Below, one piece after another: positions 1-10,914 of a stretch of 64,000 nucleotides of DNA. Position 1 is the first letter of the stretch, and the number at the start of each line of letters is the position of its first letter. The position numbers and the translations under genes were made by a program. Location: NCBI GenBank assembly GCA_018238155.1, contig JABCTZ010000007.1, forward strand, positions 64,001 through 128,000. Direction: 5' to 3'. Under the pieces are notes generated by a model that was not told the origin of the DNA, ran no database searches, and worked only from the letters and a program-made list of their open reading frames with translations. This stretch comes from Candidatus Heimdallarchaeota archaeon. Its GTDB lineage: Archaea > Asgardarchaeota > Heimdallarchaeia > JABLTI01.

Positions 1-84
1 AAGAATTCTTACAATATGAGAAAATCAATTTGTGCTAGCTGTGGTTTTGGCGCTTCCAAAAAATTACGATCACATAGCTGGTAA
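1..84 (+). CDS. rpl37e: 50S ribosomal protein L37e, 3' part (truncated by window edge)
   Basis: Frame 1 reads KNSYNMRKSICASCGFGASKKLRSHSW*, the typical L37e C-terminal CxxCG(F/Y)G...R..W signature. Not in the ORF track. Confidence 0.93.
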   Translation, partial: KNSYNMRKSICASCGFGASKKLRSHSW

Positions 85-107
85 GTTTATCAGCTAAATA
101 TTGAAAT

Positions 108-151
108 GATGACTTTGCTTATTTTGAAGGTCATCCAAAATTTTTTCTTTT
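108..151. terminator. Hairpin plus T-tract between convergent genes, possible terminator
   Basis: GATGACTTT...GAAGGTCATC inverted repeat followed by a T-rich run. Confidence 0.35.
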
Positions 152-158
152 GAATTTA

Positions 159-725
159 TTACTTTTCAGCTAAAACTTGCTTAAGAAGGTTTTCGATTTG
201 CTTAACAAATTCTTCTTTATTTATATTCTCATTTAAGATAAAATAATCTGCTTTTGTTATTACATCCCCTAATCCAAATGCAAGTTCTCTTTGTTCTCTC
301 TCTTCAAAATCCCCCAGTTTTCCAAGATCTATCCTTTTCCTAGCTTCTACTCTTTGTTTTCGTTTCTTCAATGAGGTCATTATTGCTACCAGTCTTACAT
401 CATTCAATTTCTCACGGAAATAGCTTAATTCTTCATGTGACCTTATTCCATCAATAATCAATAATTTTGGTTTTCTCTCTAACTCTTTTTGTATTGCAGA
501 AATTGCTTTACTTGCAATAACTTGTTTTCCTCCCTCATATCGTAATACAGATGACATTTTCCCCATATTTCTTCCATTAATTTCCAATCCTCTTTTCTTA
601 CATTCCTCAATTATGATATTGCCCAAACGGTAGGTTGGAATATTGTACTTGTCTTTAGCGATATAAGTAAAAACAGATTTCCCTGAACCTTGTGCTCCTG
701 TTATTGCAAGAAAGATAGTTGCCAT
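159..725 (-). CDS. UPF0200-family P-loop nucleotide kinase (dephospho-CoA-kinase-like)
   Basis: AITGAQGSGKS Walker A, IIDGIRS, FEEREQRELAFGLG..I..AD motifs. Confidence 0.85.
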   Translation of the reverse strand: MATIFLAITGAQGSGKSVFTYIAKDKYNIPTYRLGNIIIEECKKRGLEINGRNMGKMSSVLRYEGGKQVIASKAISAIQKELERKPKLLIIDGIRSHEELSYFREKLNDVRLVAIMTSLKKRKQRVEARKRIDLGKLGDFEEREQRELAFGLGDVITKADYFILNENINKEEFVKQIENLLKQVLAEK

Positions 726-962
726 CTTAATTCCTCATTTTCTTTTTGTCCTTCTTCGGTTTTAAGTCTATTTTCTAGTTTTTCTTTCACCACATCAAAT
801 AAATCTTTAAATATTCTTAAATAAAGCTGAATTTCAGTCTAAAAAGAAAGGGATTTATTACTTGTTAATCTAAACCTTCAAAAAAGTTAAATAATCGATA
901 GGTGAGGAAATCTTCTCATAGGATTACTCATCAAAATTTAATTCGAAAGAAATGGTAGATGC

Positions 963-2243
963 ATGCATATGAACTCTAAGAAATTCTATACTACTATGTT
1001 TGTTATTGCTTTGCTAGCAATTGTTATTCAAATGAGCTTTACTTCAACTGGCACTTATGAAACAGCCGGTTTTAAGGGTGAAAAACCAATTGTTATTTTT
1101 GATATTGCTCATCAAACCTCTTTCAATAATACTCACATGCAATCTGCTTTAGCTTTATTGGAAACAAAATATGATGCTGAAATAATTGTCAATGAAGATA
1201 ATTTCACGTTAACAAATCTTCGTGGAGCAGATTTACTTATCTTATCCGCTCCCTACTATCTAGCAAGAAATCCCTACTCTGATTTAGAAAAATTAGCTTT
1301 AACTGAATTCATTCAAGATAGTGGTTCAGTTTTATTTATGGCAAACCCATTTATTTTTGAAGATAGTATGCGAAATTTCACCTCTCATACAAATTATCTA
1401 AATTCAATGATGGATGGTACTTATGGTGAACTAAGTTTTCAACCTCGAAATACTCTGATGTTGAATGATTTCTCATATAGATATGATGATCAGCGTTTCA
1501 TTTATTTAAATAGTAGTGATTTTGATACAAAACATTCAATCATCACTGGTAATTCTGAAATTGATGAAGCAATTGATGAACTATTAACTATTACAACGAG
1601 TATTAGTGCAACTGGTTCTAGCGAGAGGATAATAACCGTTCCTGAAACCTCATATTATCTGGAATATACTGATGAGAATACCAGTTCAATTCCTGTTGGT
1701 GCGGTTAGTGACCATACAATTTTAAATGCTAATGAAAAATACGGCGGTCGAGCAATTTCAATTTGTTCTGGAATTATGTTTAGTGATATAGAAATAATTG
1801 GCGCAAATATGACTTGGTTTGAAGCATATGATAATGCTCAACTTTGGGAGAATCTTATTTCTTGGCTCTTTTTCAAATTGCCTGTTAATCCTCAATCAAA
1901 CCCCGTTCCTGATTTCTGGGTTTTTACTCTTAGTATATTAGGTGGATTTTTAGTTCTTATGGTATTCGGATTGATTTTGTTTACTGCAGGTAAAGAAACC
2001 AAACGAGTTGAAGTTTCGGATGCTTTACAGAAAATACGTGAGAAAGATTCCCGACGAAAAAGCGAAGAAAAAGAAATCGAAGAAGCTTTCTATGCTGAAG
2101 ATGAAGTTGATGAGGACGTAATTGAAGAAGAAGAAGAACTTGTTGAAGAGGTTAAAGAAGTAGATATGAAAAGCATTTCTGATGAAGTTAAGAAGAAACC
2201 TCCAAAATCCCGTTCACGAAGTGATCGTAGAAGAAATGATTAA
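963..2243 (+). CDS. Single-pass membrane protein with extracellular GldG/IFT52 (GIFT)-like domain and acidic cytoplasmic tail
   Basis: Signal-like N-terminus; IFDIAH, LRGADLLILSAP, YSDLEKLALTEFIQDSGSVLFM; TM helix near aa 318-342; D/E-rich tail ending in a basic RS-rich stretch. Confidence 0.6.
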   Translation: MHMNSKKFYTTMFVIALLAIVIQMSFTSTGTYETAGFKGEKPIVIFDIAHQTSFNNTHMQSALALLETKYDAEIIVNEDNFTLTNLRGADLLILSAPYYLARNPYSDLEKLALTEFIQDSGSVLFMANPFIFEDSMRNFTSHTNYLNSMMDGTYGELSFQPRNTLMLNDFSYRYDDQRFIYLNSSDFDTKHSIITGNSEIDEAIDELLTITTSISATGSSERIITVPETSYYLEYTDENTSSIPVGAVSDHTILNANEKYGGRAISICSGIMFSDIEIIGANMTWFEAYDNAQLWENLISWLFFKLPVNPQSNPVPDFWVFTLSILGGFLVLMVFGLILFTAGKETKRVEVSDALQKIREKDSRRKSEEKEIEEAFYAEDEVDEDVIEEEEELVEEVKEVDMKSISDEVKKKPPKSRSRSDRRRND

Positions 2244-2312
2244 TTCATTTTTTTCTTTCTTTATTTTATATTTTCATCGAAAAATATATGATATTTGAAG
2301 ATAATCTGAAAG

Positions 2313-4328
2313 TTGAATATTATGCCATTAAAATTTACTTTTCCACATAGTATTAGTGGAATAATTATTGCCGGTGGTACAAGTTCTCGATTTCAGAAAA
2401 AAAATGAACCATGGCAAGATAAAGCTCTTTTTACAATATCAGGAAATTTGAATCTATTACAAAGAACAGTAATGGTTTTTTCTGATATATGTGATGAAAT
2501 CATTGTTGTTGTTAATAATTCAATTCAAATTTCACTTTATTCATCTGCAATATCTATGTTGAATGATGAAATAAAACCAAAAGTGAAAATCATAAAAGAT
2601 AATCCATCCTATTTGTGCTCTGGTCCTACTTTGGGTATATTGACTGGTATTCAAGCAGTAAAGAATAATTTTGTTTTATTGGCTCCTGTTGATATACCTT
2701 TGTTATCCTCAATTGTTCTCCAACAACTAATTAGTAATATTATGGATTCATCAATGATAGTACCCTATTGGCCTTCAACAGGAAAAATTGAACCCTTAAT
2801 CGCTGCTTTGAATGTACAGAGTATTTTAGAAAATGGACTTTTACTTTCATTAATAAAACGAAGTAGAGCTGATGATATTCATCGCCTAGTTCCAAAAATA
2901 CGATTTCTACCAATATCCTCTAAGTATAAAGAAATATTAGAAAAGATTTTTACAAATTTGAATAAACCAGAATTAATAGCCAACACAAAATCACTAGATC
3001 TTGACTTCTCAGGTTTAGATTTTTTTATTCCAAATCAATCATTTTCTGTGAATAATAAATTCGAGAAAAATGAATTGAATGAATTATATGATTTTCTACA
3101 AGAGAAAATGTTTATGCAACTTTCTCAGAAAGATTTGGATAAAATAACTAATTTAACTAATTTGTTATTTAAAAAGGAGAACTATTTTATTGTAGGTTTA
3201 GTTCTTAACAATTTATTTGGCTTAATATCAGAGGATAACCAGAGTAGAAAAGAAATCCAATCTCTCTGTTTCCAAGCTTTTACAAAGGAAGCTGAAAAGT
3301 GGAATAGAAATGAAGTGAGCTTCCTAGAATTACATTCATATACTGATGCTTCAAGTGTTCAAAACTCATCGCTTAAACAACAAACTAATCAAACATTGAA
3401 AATTAAAATTTCATCACTAATGGACAAGATGCATTTGAAGAAGAAAAATCATAAGAAATACGATATGGATGAGCTAATCAACAAACGATCACCAAAGCTA
3501 CTTGAAAAAATCAAACATATCATTCAAAAATCCGAGAGTGATTTCAATAAAGAAAATTCTTCTTATGAAACTAATTTCTTGTGGGATCATTCATATCGTG
3601 TAGGGAAAATCGCTTACACTCTTGCTCTAAGAGAGGGAGTTCATCCACTAATTCCTACAATTGCTGCTTTATTCCATGATGCCGGGAAGTTTTTTTTAGG
3701 ACAGTATCACGTTGATGATATTCCCGAAGAAACTCACTCTGCAAATATCGCTGAGCATATATTGACAGAAGAGGGATTCCCCTCTAAAGAGATACAACTA
3801 ATTCTTTCTGCAATATCTGCGCTTTATAACGATCAAATGGATTGTGATTTTCATTGTCAAATTGTACATGATGCTGATCGTTTGGAAAAATTAGGTCTAT
3901 TAGGAATAGCAAATTTTTTCACTAAAGCTACTCTGCGAAGTAAAAATCTTTCAGAAGCTCTTAGCAGTAGTTTAAGTAGGGAGTTAACTTATGCAAATGT
4001 GTCTCCAAAAACAATGCTAACAAAATCTGGTCGTTTATTTGCTCTTGAAGCAAGTAAAAAAACCATTAACTATTTTGATGGCTTACTAGAAGAGTTAGAA
4101 TTATTTGGACTTGGAAAATTTCATTCGAAGAAAACATTGCTTGATATGGGTATAGAGATTATCTTAGTTGTTCCTGAGAATTGTTTGCATTGTAAGGGTG
4201 AATATTTGATTACTATCACTACTGAAATAGGTATTAAATGTGAGAAACTTACTGCTCATTTTTCATGTAATAGATGCAAAGAGCAATATGATATCTCATT
4301 TTGTTTGCCGATAATAAATCAAATTTAA
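2313..4328 (+). CDS. MobA-like NTP-transferase fused to an HD phosphohydrolase and a C-terminal Cys4 Zn ribbon
   Basis: IIAGGTSSRF...DKAL, GPTLGI, PVDIP, EPL (MobA); HSYRV...FHDAGK...HDADRLE (HD); CLHC...CNRC. Confidence 0.8.
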   Translation: MNIMPLKFTFPHSISGIIIAGGTSSRFQKKNEPWQDKALFTISGNLNLLQRTVMVFSDICDEIIVVVNNSIQISLYSSAISMLNDEIKPKVKIIKDNPSYLCSGPTLGILTGIQAVKNNFVLLAPVDIPLLSSIVLQQLISNIMDSSMIVPYWPSTGKIEPLIAALNVQSILENGLLLSLIKRSRADDIHRLVPKIRFLPISSKYKEILEKIFTNLNKPELIANTKSLDLDFSGLDFFIPNQSFSVNNKFEKNELNELYDFLQEKMFMQLSQKDLDKITNLTNLLFKKENYFIVGLVLNNLFGLISEDNQSRKEIQSLCFQAFTKEAEKWNRNEVSFLELHSYTDASSVQNSSLKQQTNQTLKIKISSLMDKMHLKKKNHKKYDMDELINKRSPKLLEKIKHIIQKSESDFNKENSSYETNFLWDHSYRVGKIAYTLALREGVHPLIPTIAALFHDAGKFFLGQYHVDDIPEETHSANIAEHILTEEGFPSKEIQLILSAISALYNDQMDCDFHCQIVHDADRLEKLGLLGIANFFTKATLRSKNLSEALSSSLSRELTYANVSPKTMLTKSGRLFALEASKKTINYFDGLLEELELFGLGKFHSKKTLLDMGIEIILVVPENCLHCKGEYLITITTEIGIKCEKLTAHFSCNRCKEQYDISFCLPIINQI

Positions 4329-4345
4329 ATAATTGCCTGAAAATC

Positions 4346-4651
4346 TCATCTTCCAAAGAATTGGTCCAATGTTTGATCATTGGGTCCTTTCATTATCTTG
4401 AAATTTTTCTTTTTGTGAGAAAATGAAGGGTCAAGCAATTTTCTTCTTTTAATCGAAATGGTGATTTTATGTTTATTTATTTGTAAAATTGCGCAAGCGT
4501 TTTTTTCATTGCACCCAATTGCACCGTAATATGTTTTAGTAGCAATATCTAATCTAAGACACCTTTCAGGATCCATGCAGCTGCAAACTTCAATATAATT
4601 AGACTCTTGAGAGTTAGCATATCGTCTTATTGAAGTATCTAAATTTGCCAT
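4346..4651 (-). CDS. Small Cys-rich hypothetical protein with C-terminal PIP-box-like motif
   Basis: About 101 aa from ATG 4651; five Cys; ends DQTLDQFFGR; downstream of uvrA on the same strand. Confidence 0.6.
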   Translation of the reverse strand: MANLDTSIRRYANSQESNYIEVCSCMDPERCLRLDIATKTYYGAIGCNEKNACAILQINKHKITISIKRRKLLDPSFSHKKKNFKIMKGPNDQTLDQFFGR

Positions 4652-4744
4652 AATCAAATGCGCTCAATTATATTCAATCTTTGTTTCTTTTAAAAGATTT
4701 GTAATATTAGCTAAAACTTGCTAGTGATATTGTTACACTATTTC

Positions 4745-7700
4745 TTATTTCGTGAGAATTTTATTTAGAAATTGTCCCGTTAGCGAATCTGAATTCTTAA
4801 TTATTGATTCAGGGGTTCCTTGTGCAACAATCATTCCTCCCTTGTCTCCTCCTTCGGGTCCAAGATCAATAATCCAATCTGCATATTTTATCACTTCAAG
4901 ATTATGTTCAATTACAATAACTGAATTTCCTGTTTCTACTAATTTGTTCAAAATATTGAGAAGCTTATGAACATCAAATGCTGCTAATCCAACTGTTGGT
5001 TCATCTAGTAAGTAGAGTGTTTTTCCCGTTTGAGGTTTACACAATTCAGCAGCTAATTTTACTCTTTGAGCTTCACCACCAGATAAGGTCGTAGCAGATT
5101 GTCCTAATTGTATATATCCCATTCCCACGTCTTGCATCACCTTAAGAATTTTAGCTATTTTTGGTTGGTTGACAAAAAAGGTCAATGCTTCATCGATTGA
5201 CATATGTAAAACATCTGCAATTGTTTTATCTCTGAATTTAACCTTTAGTGTTTCCCTGTTGAACCTTTTACCTTTACACTCTTCACAAATTATCTCAACA
5301 TCACTTAGGAACAACATCTCAACACGTTTAACACCTCTTCCTCTACAAACTGAACATCGTCCTTTAGAACTATTATATGAAAATCTAGAAAGAGTATACC
5401 CTCTTATTTTCGATTCAGGCATACGTGCAAAGAGTTTTCTAATGGGTTCAAACACTCCAGTATATGTTGCCGGATTTGATCTTGGAGTTCGTCCTATTGC
5501 ATCTTGGTTGATAAGTACTACTTTGTCAAGATGCTCTAATCCATCAAAAGATGAGTAATTGTTTGCTATTTTCTTTGATCTATGATATGCCCTACTTAAT
5601 ATTTTATGAAGAGTTTCTATTACCAAAGAGCTTTTACCTGAACCACTAACTCCTGATATTACTGTAAAAACTCCTAAAGGAAATTTAACTGTGATATTTT
5701 TCAGATTATTCTGTTTTGCTCCGGTAAGCGTTAAATATTTTTTACCTTTCCTTCTTTTTTCTGGTATTGGTATGCAATCTTTTCTACTAATGTACTTTCC
5801 TGTTAGAGATTTCTTATTTGCTATAATTTGTTCGAGTGTGCCTTGAGCAACAATTTCTCCACCTAGTTGACCTGCACCTGGTCCTAAATCAATGATATGA
5901 TCTGCACTTCTGATTGTATCTTCATCATGTTCTATTACAACTACCGTGTTACCAAGTTCTTTCAATTCTCTCAAGGTGTTAATTAATCTTGCATTATCTC
6001 GAGGGTGTAATCCTATACTAGGTTCATCTAAAACATATAATACCCCCACTAACTTGTTTCCAATCTGAGTTGCTAAGCGAATTCTTTGAGCTTCACCTCC
6101 TGAAAGTGTTCGTGATTCTCTATTCAAGGTTAGATATTCTAAACCAACATCTTTCAGAAACTTTAATCGATTCAATATTTCTTCGATTAGACCTTGAGCA
6201 ATAATTTGATCTGCTCCACCAAAAGAAAGGTTTTCAAAGAATGTATAAGTTTCACCCAAAGACAACTCTGATATTTGTTTAATATTGAATCCTGCTATTT
6301 TAACAGCAAGAGTAGTTGGTTTTAACCTAGCTCCATTGCATTCTGAACAAATTTGAATATTGGTAAATCTGTCCATCCAATTTATCCACCACATAGAAGC
6401 CGTATTGGATATCCACCGCTCATAAATTGGAATCAAACCACTAAATTCACTTTCACGTTCAAATGTATAGGAATAACTCTTTCTACTAACATCTCTAATA
6501 AGTTTGATTCTCCGATTTGTGCCATAGAGTAAAATATTATATTGTTCTTTTGTGAAGTCTTTTACGGGCGTATCAATGGTAAAACCAAATTCTTTTCCTA
6601 CACTTGTAATGAGTGATAGTATCCAACTATTTTCGTCTTTATTCTCTGTTATCGGTCCGAACGCACCACCTCTTATTGATTTGTTCGAATCCTTGACAAA
6701 TAATTTTGGATCGATGGATTTGATTGTTCCCAATCCGGCACATTTTTCACATGCACCTACATGAGAATTAAATGAGAAAATCTTCGGTGAAAGTTTTATT
6801 GGCAATTTTATCTCACAGTCAAAGCATTCTCTTTTTGTGCTGAATGTTAGAACAGTTCCGTTAACTTTTATCTTTACTACACCATCACTTTTAATTAGCG
6901 CAGTTTCAATTGAATCAAATAATTGCCCTTTATCCTCAGTGCTTACATTTAATCTATCAACAATAAGATCAATGGTATATGCCACATCTTTATCGATAAC
7001 AACATAATTGCTTTCTTTATTCTTGTGAGAGAATTTTACATCTTCAAGTATCGTCTCTTCTCCATTAACGATTATCCTAGTGAAGCCCTCTCGAATAAGT
7101 TCTTTGATCAATGGTTTGTAATTTCCTTTTGAGTTCTTAACTAGCGGAGCGATAATTTTGATTTTTATTCCTTCACCTAACTCGAGTGTTTTGTGTACCA
7201 TTTCTTGTAAGGGTGTTGGTGAAATATCTTTCCCACATTGCGGACAATATGTTATACCAACTGTAGCAAAAAGAATACGAAGATAATCGTTAATTTCAGT
7301 CATTGTTCCCACAGTAGAACGAGGGTTTCTTCCAGCAGATTTTTGATCAATTGATATTGCTGGTGATAATCCTGTTATTTTCCCTACATCTGCACTATCC
7401 ATTCTTCCTAAGAATTGTCTTGCATATGTGGATAATGATTCGACAAACCTTCTTTGCCCCTCCGCGAATATTGTATCAAGTGCTAGTGATGATTTCCCTG
7501 AGCCACTTACTCCTGTTATTACTGTTAGAGCATTTTTTGGTATGTGAACATCGATGTTTTTCAGATTATTCTTTGTTGCTCCAAAAACAGATAGGTGCGT
7601 TTTTTCTTTTGGATTGCTACTCCGTCTAGCTTCAGTGCTTTCTATTAAGTTACCTTCTTTAGTAGAAGGTTTGACAAGTAAGCTAGTATCTAATGCTTTC

Positions 7701-10630
7701 TTAAGAGCTTGTCCAGTATATGATTCTCTGTTTTTAGCTACATTCTCAGGTGTTCCTTGAGCAACTATTTCTCCGCCAAATTCTCCTCCTTCAGGTCCTA
7801 AGTCTATTACCCAGTCAGAACTTTTGATCATGTCAAGATTATGCTCTACTACCACTATAGTATTTCCAGCATCTACTAAACGATTTAATACAATTAGTAA
7901 ATTGTTAATATCAAAGGAATGCAATCCAACAGTAGGTTCTTCTAATAGATACAATGTTCTACCAGTTGCTTTTTTACTTAATTCTCTTGAAATCTTGATT
8001 CTTTGAGCTTCTCCACCACTTAAAGTGGTTGATGATTGTCCAAGTTTAATGTATCCTAATCCTACATCTTGAAGCGTTTGAAGAATCTTGACTATCTTTG
8101 GATGATCTTTGAAGAAGAGAAGAGCTTGATTAACAGTCATATCAAGTATTTCGAAGATATTTTTCTCTCGATATCTTATTTCGAGCGTTTCTCCACTAAA
8201 TCTTTTACCCCGACAAACTTCACATTCAACTTCAACATTAGGTAAGAATTGCATTTCTACTCTATTGTATCCTAATCCTCTACAAGCTTCACATCTTCCT
8301 TGCTTGGTATTAAAGGAAAACCGGCCTTTTTTGAATCCTCGTGCTTTGGCCATTGGTAAAGAAGCAAAAAAATCTCTAATATGATCAAGTAGTTTTGTAT
8401 ATGTTGCAGGAATGGAACGAGGCGTATACCCGATAGGTGATTGTGAAATCGAAATAACTTTGTCTAGATGTTCTATACCGGTTATTTTTTTATGTTTTCC
8501 CGGTTTAGTTTTTGCTCTATTCAATTCTCTAGCTAACGAAGTCCAAAGTACATTGGAAACTAAAGAACTCTTTCCAGAACCACTCACTCCTGTGACACAA
8601 ATAAAAATCCCTAATGGGAACTCAACATCTACGTCTTTGAGGTTATTCTCTGCAGCACCAATTACTTTGAGGACAGCACCTTTTCCTTTTCGCCTTTTCT
8701 TTGGAATCTCAATTTTCTGTTTTCCAATTAAAAATTGACCTGTTATTGATCTATCTACTTTCCCTACTATCTCAGCAGGTCCTTCAGCAATGACTTCTCC
8801 TCCAAACTCTCCTGCTTTTGGACCAATGTCAATTAACCAATCTGCAGCAAGCATTGTATCAATATCATGTTCTGAAACTAAGACAGTATTACCTTTATCA
8901 CGCAAAGTTTGCAAAGTGTCAATGAGCTTCAAGTTATCCCTATTATGCAATCCGATACTTGGTTCATCTAGAATATATAGAACGTCCTCCAGACCAGAAC
9001 CAATCTGAGTTCCAAGTCTAATTCTTTGACCTTCTCCACCTGATAAAGAATTTGCTCTTCGATTGAGTGTTAGGTAAGGTAATCCAACATTATCTAGAAA
9101 TGTTAATCGCATTTTAATTTCTTTTAATAATCCTTCAGCAATCTGTTTTTCAACATCAAATAATTTAATTGAATCAAAAAATTCAATACACTGTGAAATC
9201 GCCATACTTGAGAGTTCGTTAATACTTTTTCCTTTAAAAATAACCGATCTGCTTTCTTTTCGAAGTCCCGAACCCATACAATCAGGGCAATTAGTTGGTC
9301 GAGTAAAGTCTTGAATCATATCACGAATGTATTGCGATGAAGTCTTCTCAAAACGCTTCTTCATTTGGGGGAGTAACCCTTGATATTTAATTTTTGCAGT
9401 TCCTCTACCCTTTCCCTTTGTTTCATTTCCCCAATGGAATTCATATTCTACAAGTAAAGGTTTCTTTGGACCATAGAAGAAATCATTCCATTGTTGTTCC
9501 GTTAATTCTTTCAATGGTGTATAAACAGTAAAACCTAGTTTCTCTACAACGGCTTTGATTCTATTAATACCTAAATTTGATACTCTAAATCGTTGAGTAT
9601 CAGGATTATAATCAGCTAATGCTCCTTCAATTAATGATAAATTACTATCTACAATTAACAATTTAGGATCATATTCAATGGTGGTTCCTAATCCTTTACA
9701 AGTCGAACACGCACCATGAATTGTATTAAATGAAAAATTTCTGGGTTCCAATTTCGGAAAGCTTAGATTACATTTCGGACATGCAAGGTGAACTGAAAAT
9801 AGTATCTCATATTTTGTTTCCTTCTCCAAATCTACTTTCTTCTCTTTCTTTTTAATCTGGGATAATTTTCTCATAGCATTTGATGCATCAGAAGTTGTTA
9901 TAGTAACTAATCCATCAGCCATATTTGTAGCATGTTCAATAGATTCTACCAATCGATCTTCTTCTTGTCTACTGACAGTAAATCTATCGATAACTGCCTC
10001 TATTGTATGTCTATAATATCTCGAGAGGGTCATTTCTTCTGAGGTTAGTTCATCTAATCTTTTAGTTTCATAATCGATTCTTACTCGAGAGAAACCTGCT
10101 TCTAGTAGTCCCTTTAGTTCTTTTCGATATTCTCCTTTTCGATCTCGAATAATAGGTGCGAGAATCATTATTTCTTTATCGGCATAAGTAATCAATATTT
10201 GATCTACAATATTTGTAATTGTTTGAGCTTTGATCTCAATTCCACAATTTGGGCAGTGGGGAATACCTACTCTAGCATATAACACTCTTAAGAAATCATA
10301 AATTTCTGTTACAGTACCTACTGTACTCCTCGGATTATAGCTGGTTGTTTTTTGACTAATTGATATTGTGGGCGATAGACCTTCTATAGATTCAACATCT
10401 GGTTTTGTCATCTGAGACATAAATTGTCTTGCATAAGCTGAAAGGGATTCTATATACCTTCTTTGTCCCTCTGCAAAAATAGTATCAAAAGCTAAAGATG
10501 ATTTTCCTGATCCTGAAACACCTGTAAGCACAACAAATTTATCTCTTGGAATTTCTAAATCAAAATTTTTGAGATTATGTTGTTTAGCACCTTTGATTTT
10601 TATATATTCTCGAATCTCCTCAGAAGTCAA
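4745..10630 (-). CDS. uvrA: Excinuclease ABC subunit A, double-length (two tandem UvrA modules)
   Basis: [10 protein letters not shown] occurs four times, LSGGExQR four times, and EGQRR(Y/F)xESLS twice; Zn fingers; 1961 aa. Confidence 0.97.
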   Translation of the reverse strand: MTSEEIREYIKIKGAKQHNLKNFDLEIPRDKFVVLTGVSGSGKSSLAFDTIFAEGQRRYIESLSAYARQFMSQMTKPDVESIEGLSPTISISQKTTSYNPRSTVGTVTEIYDFLRVLYARVGIPHCPNCGIEIKAQTITNIVDQILITYADKEIMILAPIIRDRKGEYRKELKGLLEAGFSRVRIDYETKRLDELTSEEMTLSRYYRHTIEAVIDRFTVSRQEEDRLVESIEHATNMADGLVTITTSDASNAMRKLSQIKKKEKKVDLEKETKYEILFSVHLACPKCNLSFPKLEPRNFSFNTIHGACSTCKGLGTTIEYDPKLLIVDSNLSLIEGALADYNPDTQRFRVSNLGINRIKAVVEKLGFTVYTPLKELTEQQWNDFFYGPKKPLLVEYEFHWGNETKGKGRGTAKIKYQGLLPQMKKRFEKTSSQYIRDMIQDFTRPTNCPDCMGSGLRKESRSVIFKGKSINELSSMAISQCIEFFDSIKLFDVEKQIAEGLLKEIKMRLTFLDNVGLPYLTLNRRANSLSGGEGQRIRLGTQIGSGLEDVLYILDEPSIGLHNRDNLKLIDTLQTLRDKGNTVLVSEHDIDTMLAADWLIDIGPKAGEFGGEVIAEGPAEIVGKVDRSITGQFLIGKQKIEIPKKRRKGKGAVLKVIGAAENNLKDVDVEFPLGIFICVTGVSGSGKSSLVSNVLWTSLARELNRAKTKPGKHKKITGIEHLDKVISISQSPIGYTPRSIPATYTKLLDHIRDFFASLPMAKARGFKKGRFSFNTKQGRCEACRGLGYNRVEMQFLPNVEVECEVCRGKRFSGETLEIRYREKNIFEILDMTVNQALLFFKDHPKIVKILQTLQDVGLGYIKLGQSSTTLSGGEAQRIKISRELSKKATGRTLYLLEEPTVGLHSFDINNLLIVLNRLVDAGNTIVVVEHNLDMIKSSDWVIDLGPEGGEFGGEIVAQGTPENVAKNRESYTGQALKKALDTSLLVKPSTKEGNLIESTEARRSSNPKEKTHLSVFGATKNNLKNIDVHIPKNALTVITGVSGSGKSSLALDTIFAEGQRRFVESLSTYARQFLGRMDSADVGKITGLSPAISIDQKSAGRNPRSTVGTMTEINDYLRILFATVGITYCPQCGKDISPTPLQEMVHKTLELGEGIKIKIIAPLVKNSKGNYKPLIKELIREGFTRIIVNGEETILEDVKFSHKNKESNYVVIDKDVAYTIDLIVDRLNVSTEDKGQLFDSIETALIKSDGVVKIKVNGTVLTFSTKRECFDCEIKLPIKLSPKIFSFNSHVGACEKCAGLGTIKSIDPKLFVKDSNKSIRGGAFGPITENKDENSWILSLITSVGKEFGFTIDTPVKDFTKEQYNILLYGTNRRIKLIRDVSRKSYSYTFERESEFSGLIPIYERWISNTASMWWINWMDRFTNIQICSECNGARLKPTTLAVKIAGFNIKQISELSLGETYTFFENLSFGGADQIIAQGLIEEILNRLKFLKDVGLEYLTLNRESRTLSGGEAQRIRLATQIGNKLVGVLYVLDEPSIGLHPRDNARLINTLRELKELGNTVVVIEHDEDTIRSADHIIDLGPGAGQLGGEIVAQGTLEQIIANKKSLTGKYISRKDCIPIPEKRRKGKKYLTLTGAKQNNLKNITVKFPLGVFTVISGVSGSGKSSLVIETLHKILSRAYHRSKKIANNYSSFDGLEHLDKVVLINQDAIGRTPRSNPATYTGVFEPIRKLFARMPESKIRGYTLSRFSYNSSKGRCSVCRGRGVKRVEMLFLSDVEIICEECKGKRFNRETLKVKFRDKTIADVLHMSIDEALTFFVNQPKIAKILKVMQDVGMGYIQLGQSATTLSGGEAQRVKLAAELCKPQTGKTLYLLDEPTVGLAAFDVHKLLNILNKLVETGNSVIVIEHNLEVIKYADWIIDLGPEGGDKGGMIVAQGTPESIIKNSDSLTGQFLNKILTK

Positions 10631-10914
10631 AGCAATGTTTTCCTCGATAAAGTTAGTAATTTTTTAAAGAGTAAGGTTACCCATCTCGGCTATTCATGAC
10701 CTCCTCCTTTTTACAAGTCAATTTTTGTCATGAGTAGGTAACTGTGGATATCAATCCTAATTAAAGTCTTGTCTTTAATTTCTGCTATAAAGTTCATATA
10801 CAGTGTTATTCTTTTACTGCAAGATTAATAGCTGATTCTAGAGAGGTTGCCGAAAGTATTAGCTGTGCTAACAAAGTAAGCAGAAGAAATAAGAAAGCAG
10901 AATAACAATTCCAT

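Noticed and set aside
4752-9008. Plus-strand ORFs inside uvrA
   Set aside because: Antisense shadow frames of a conserved gene, with no recognisable motifs.
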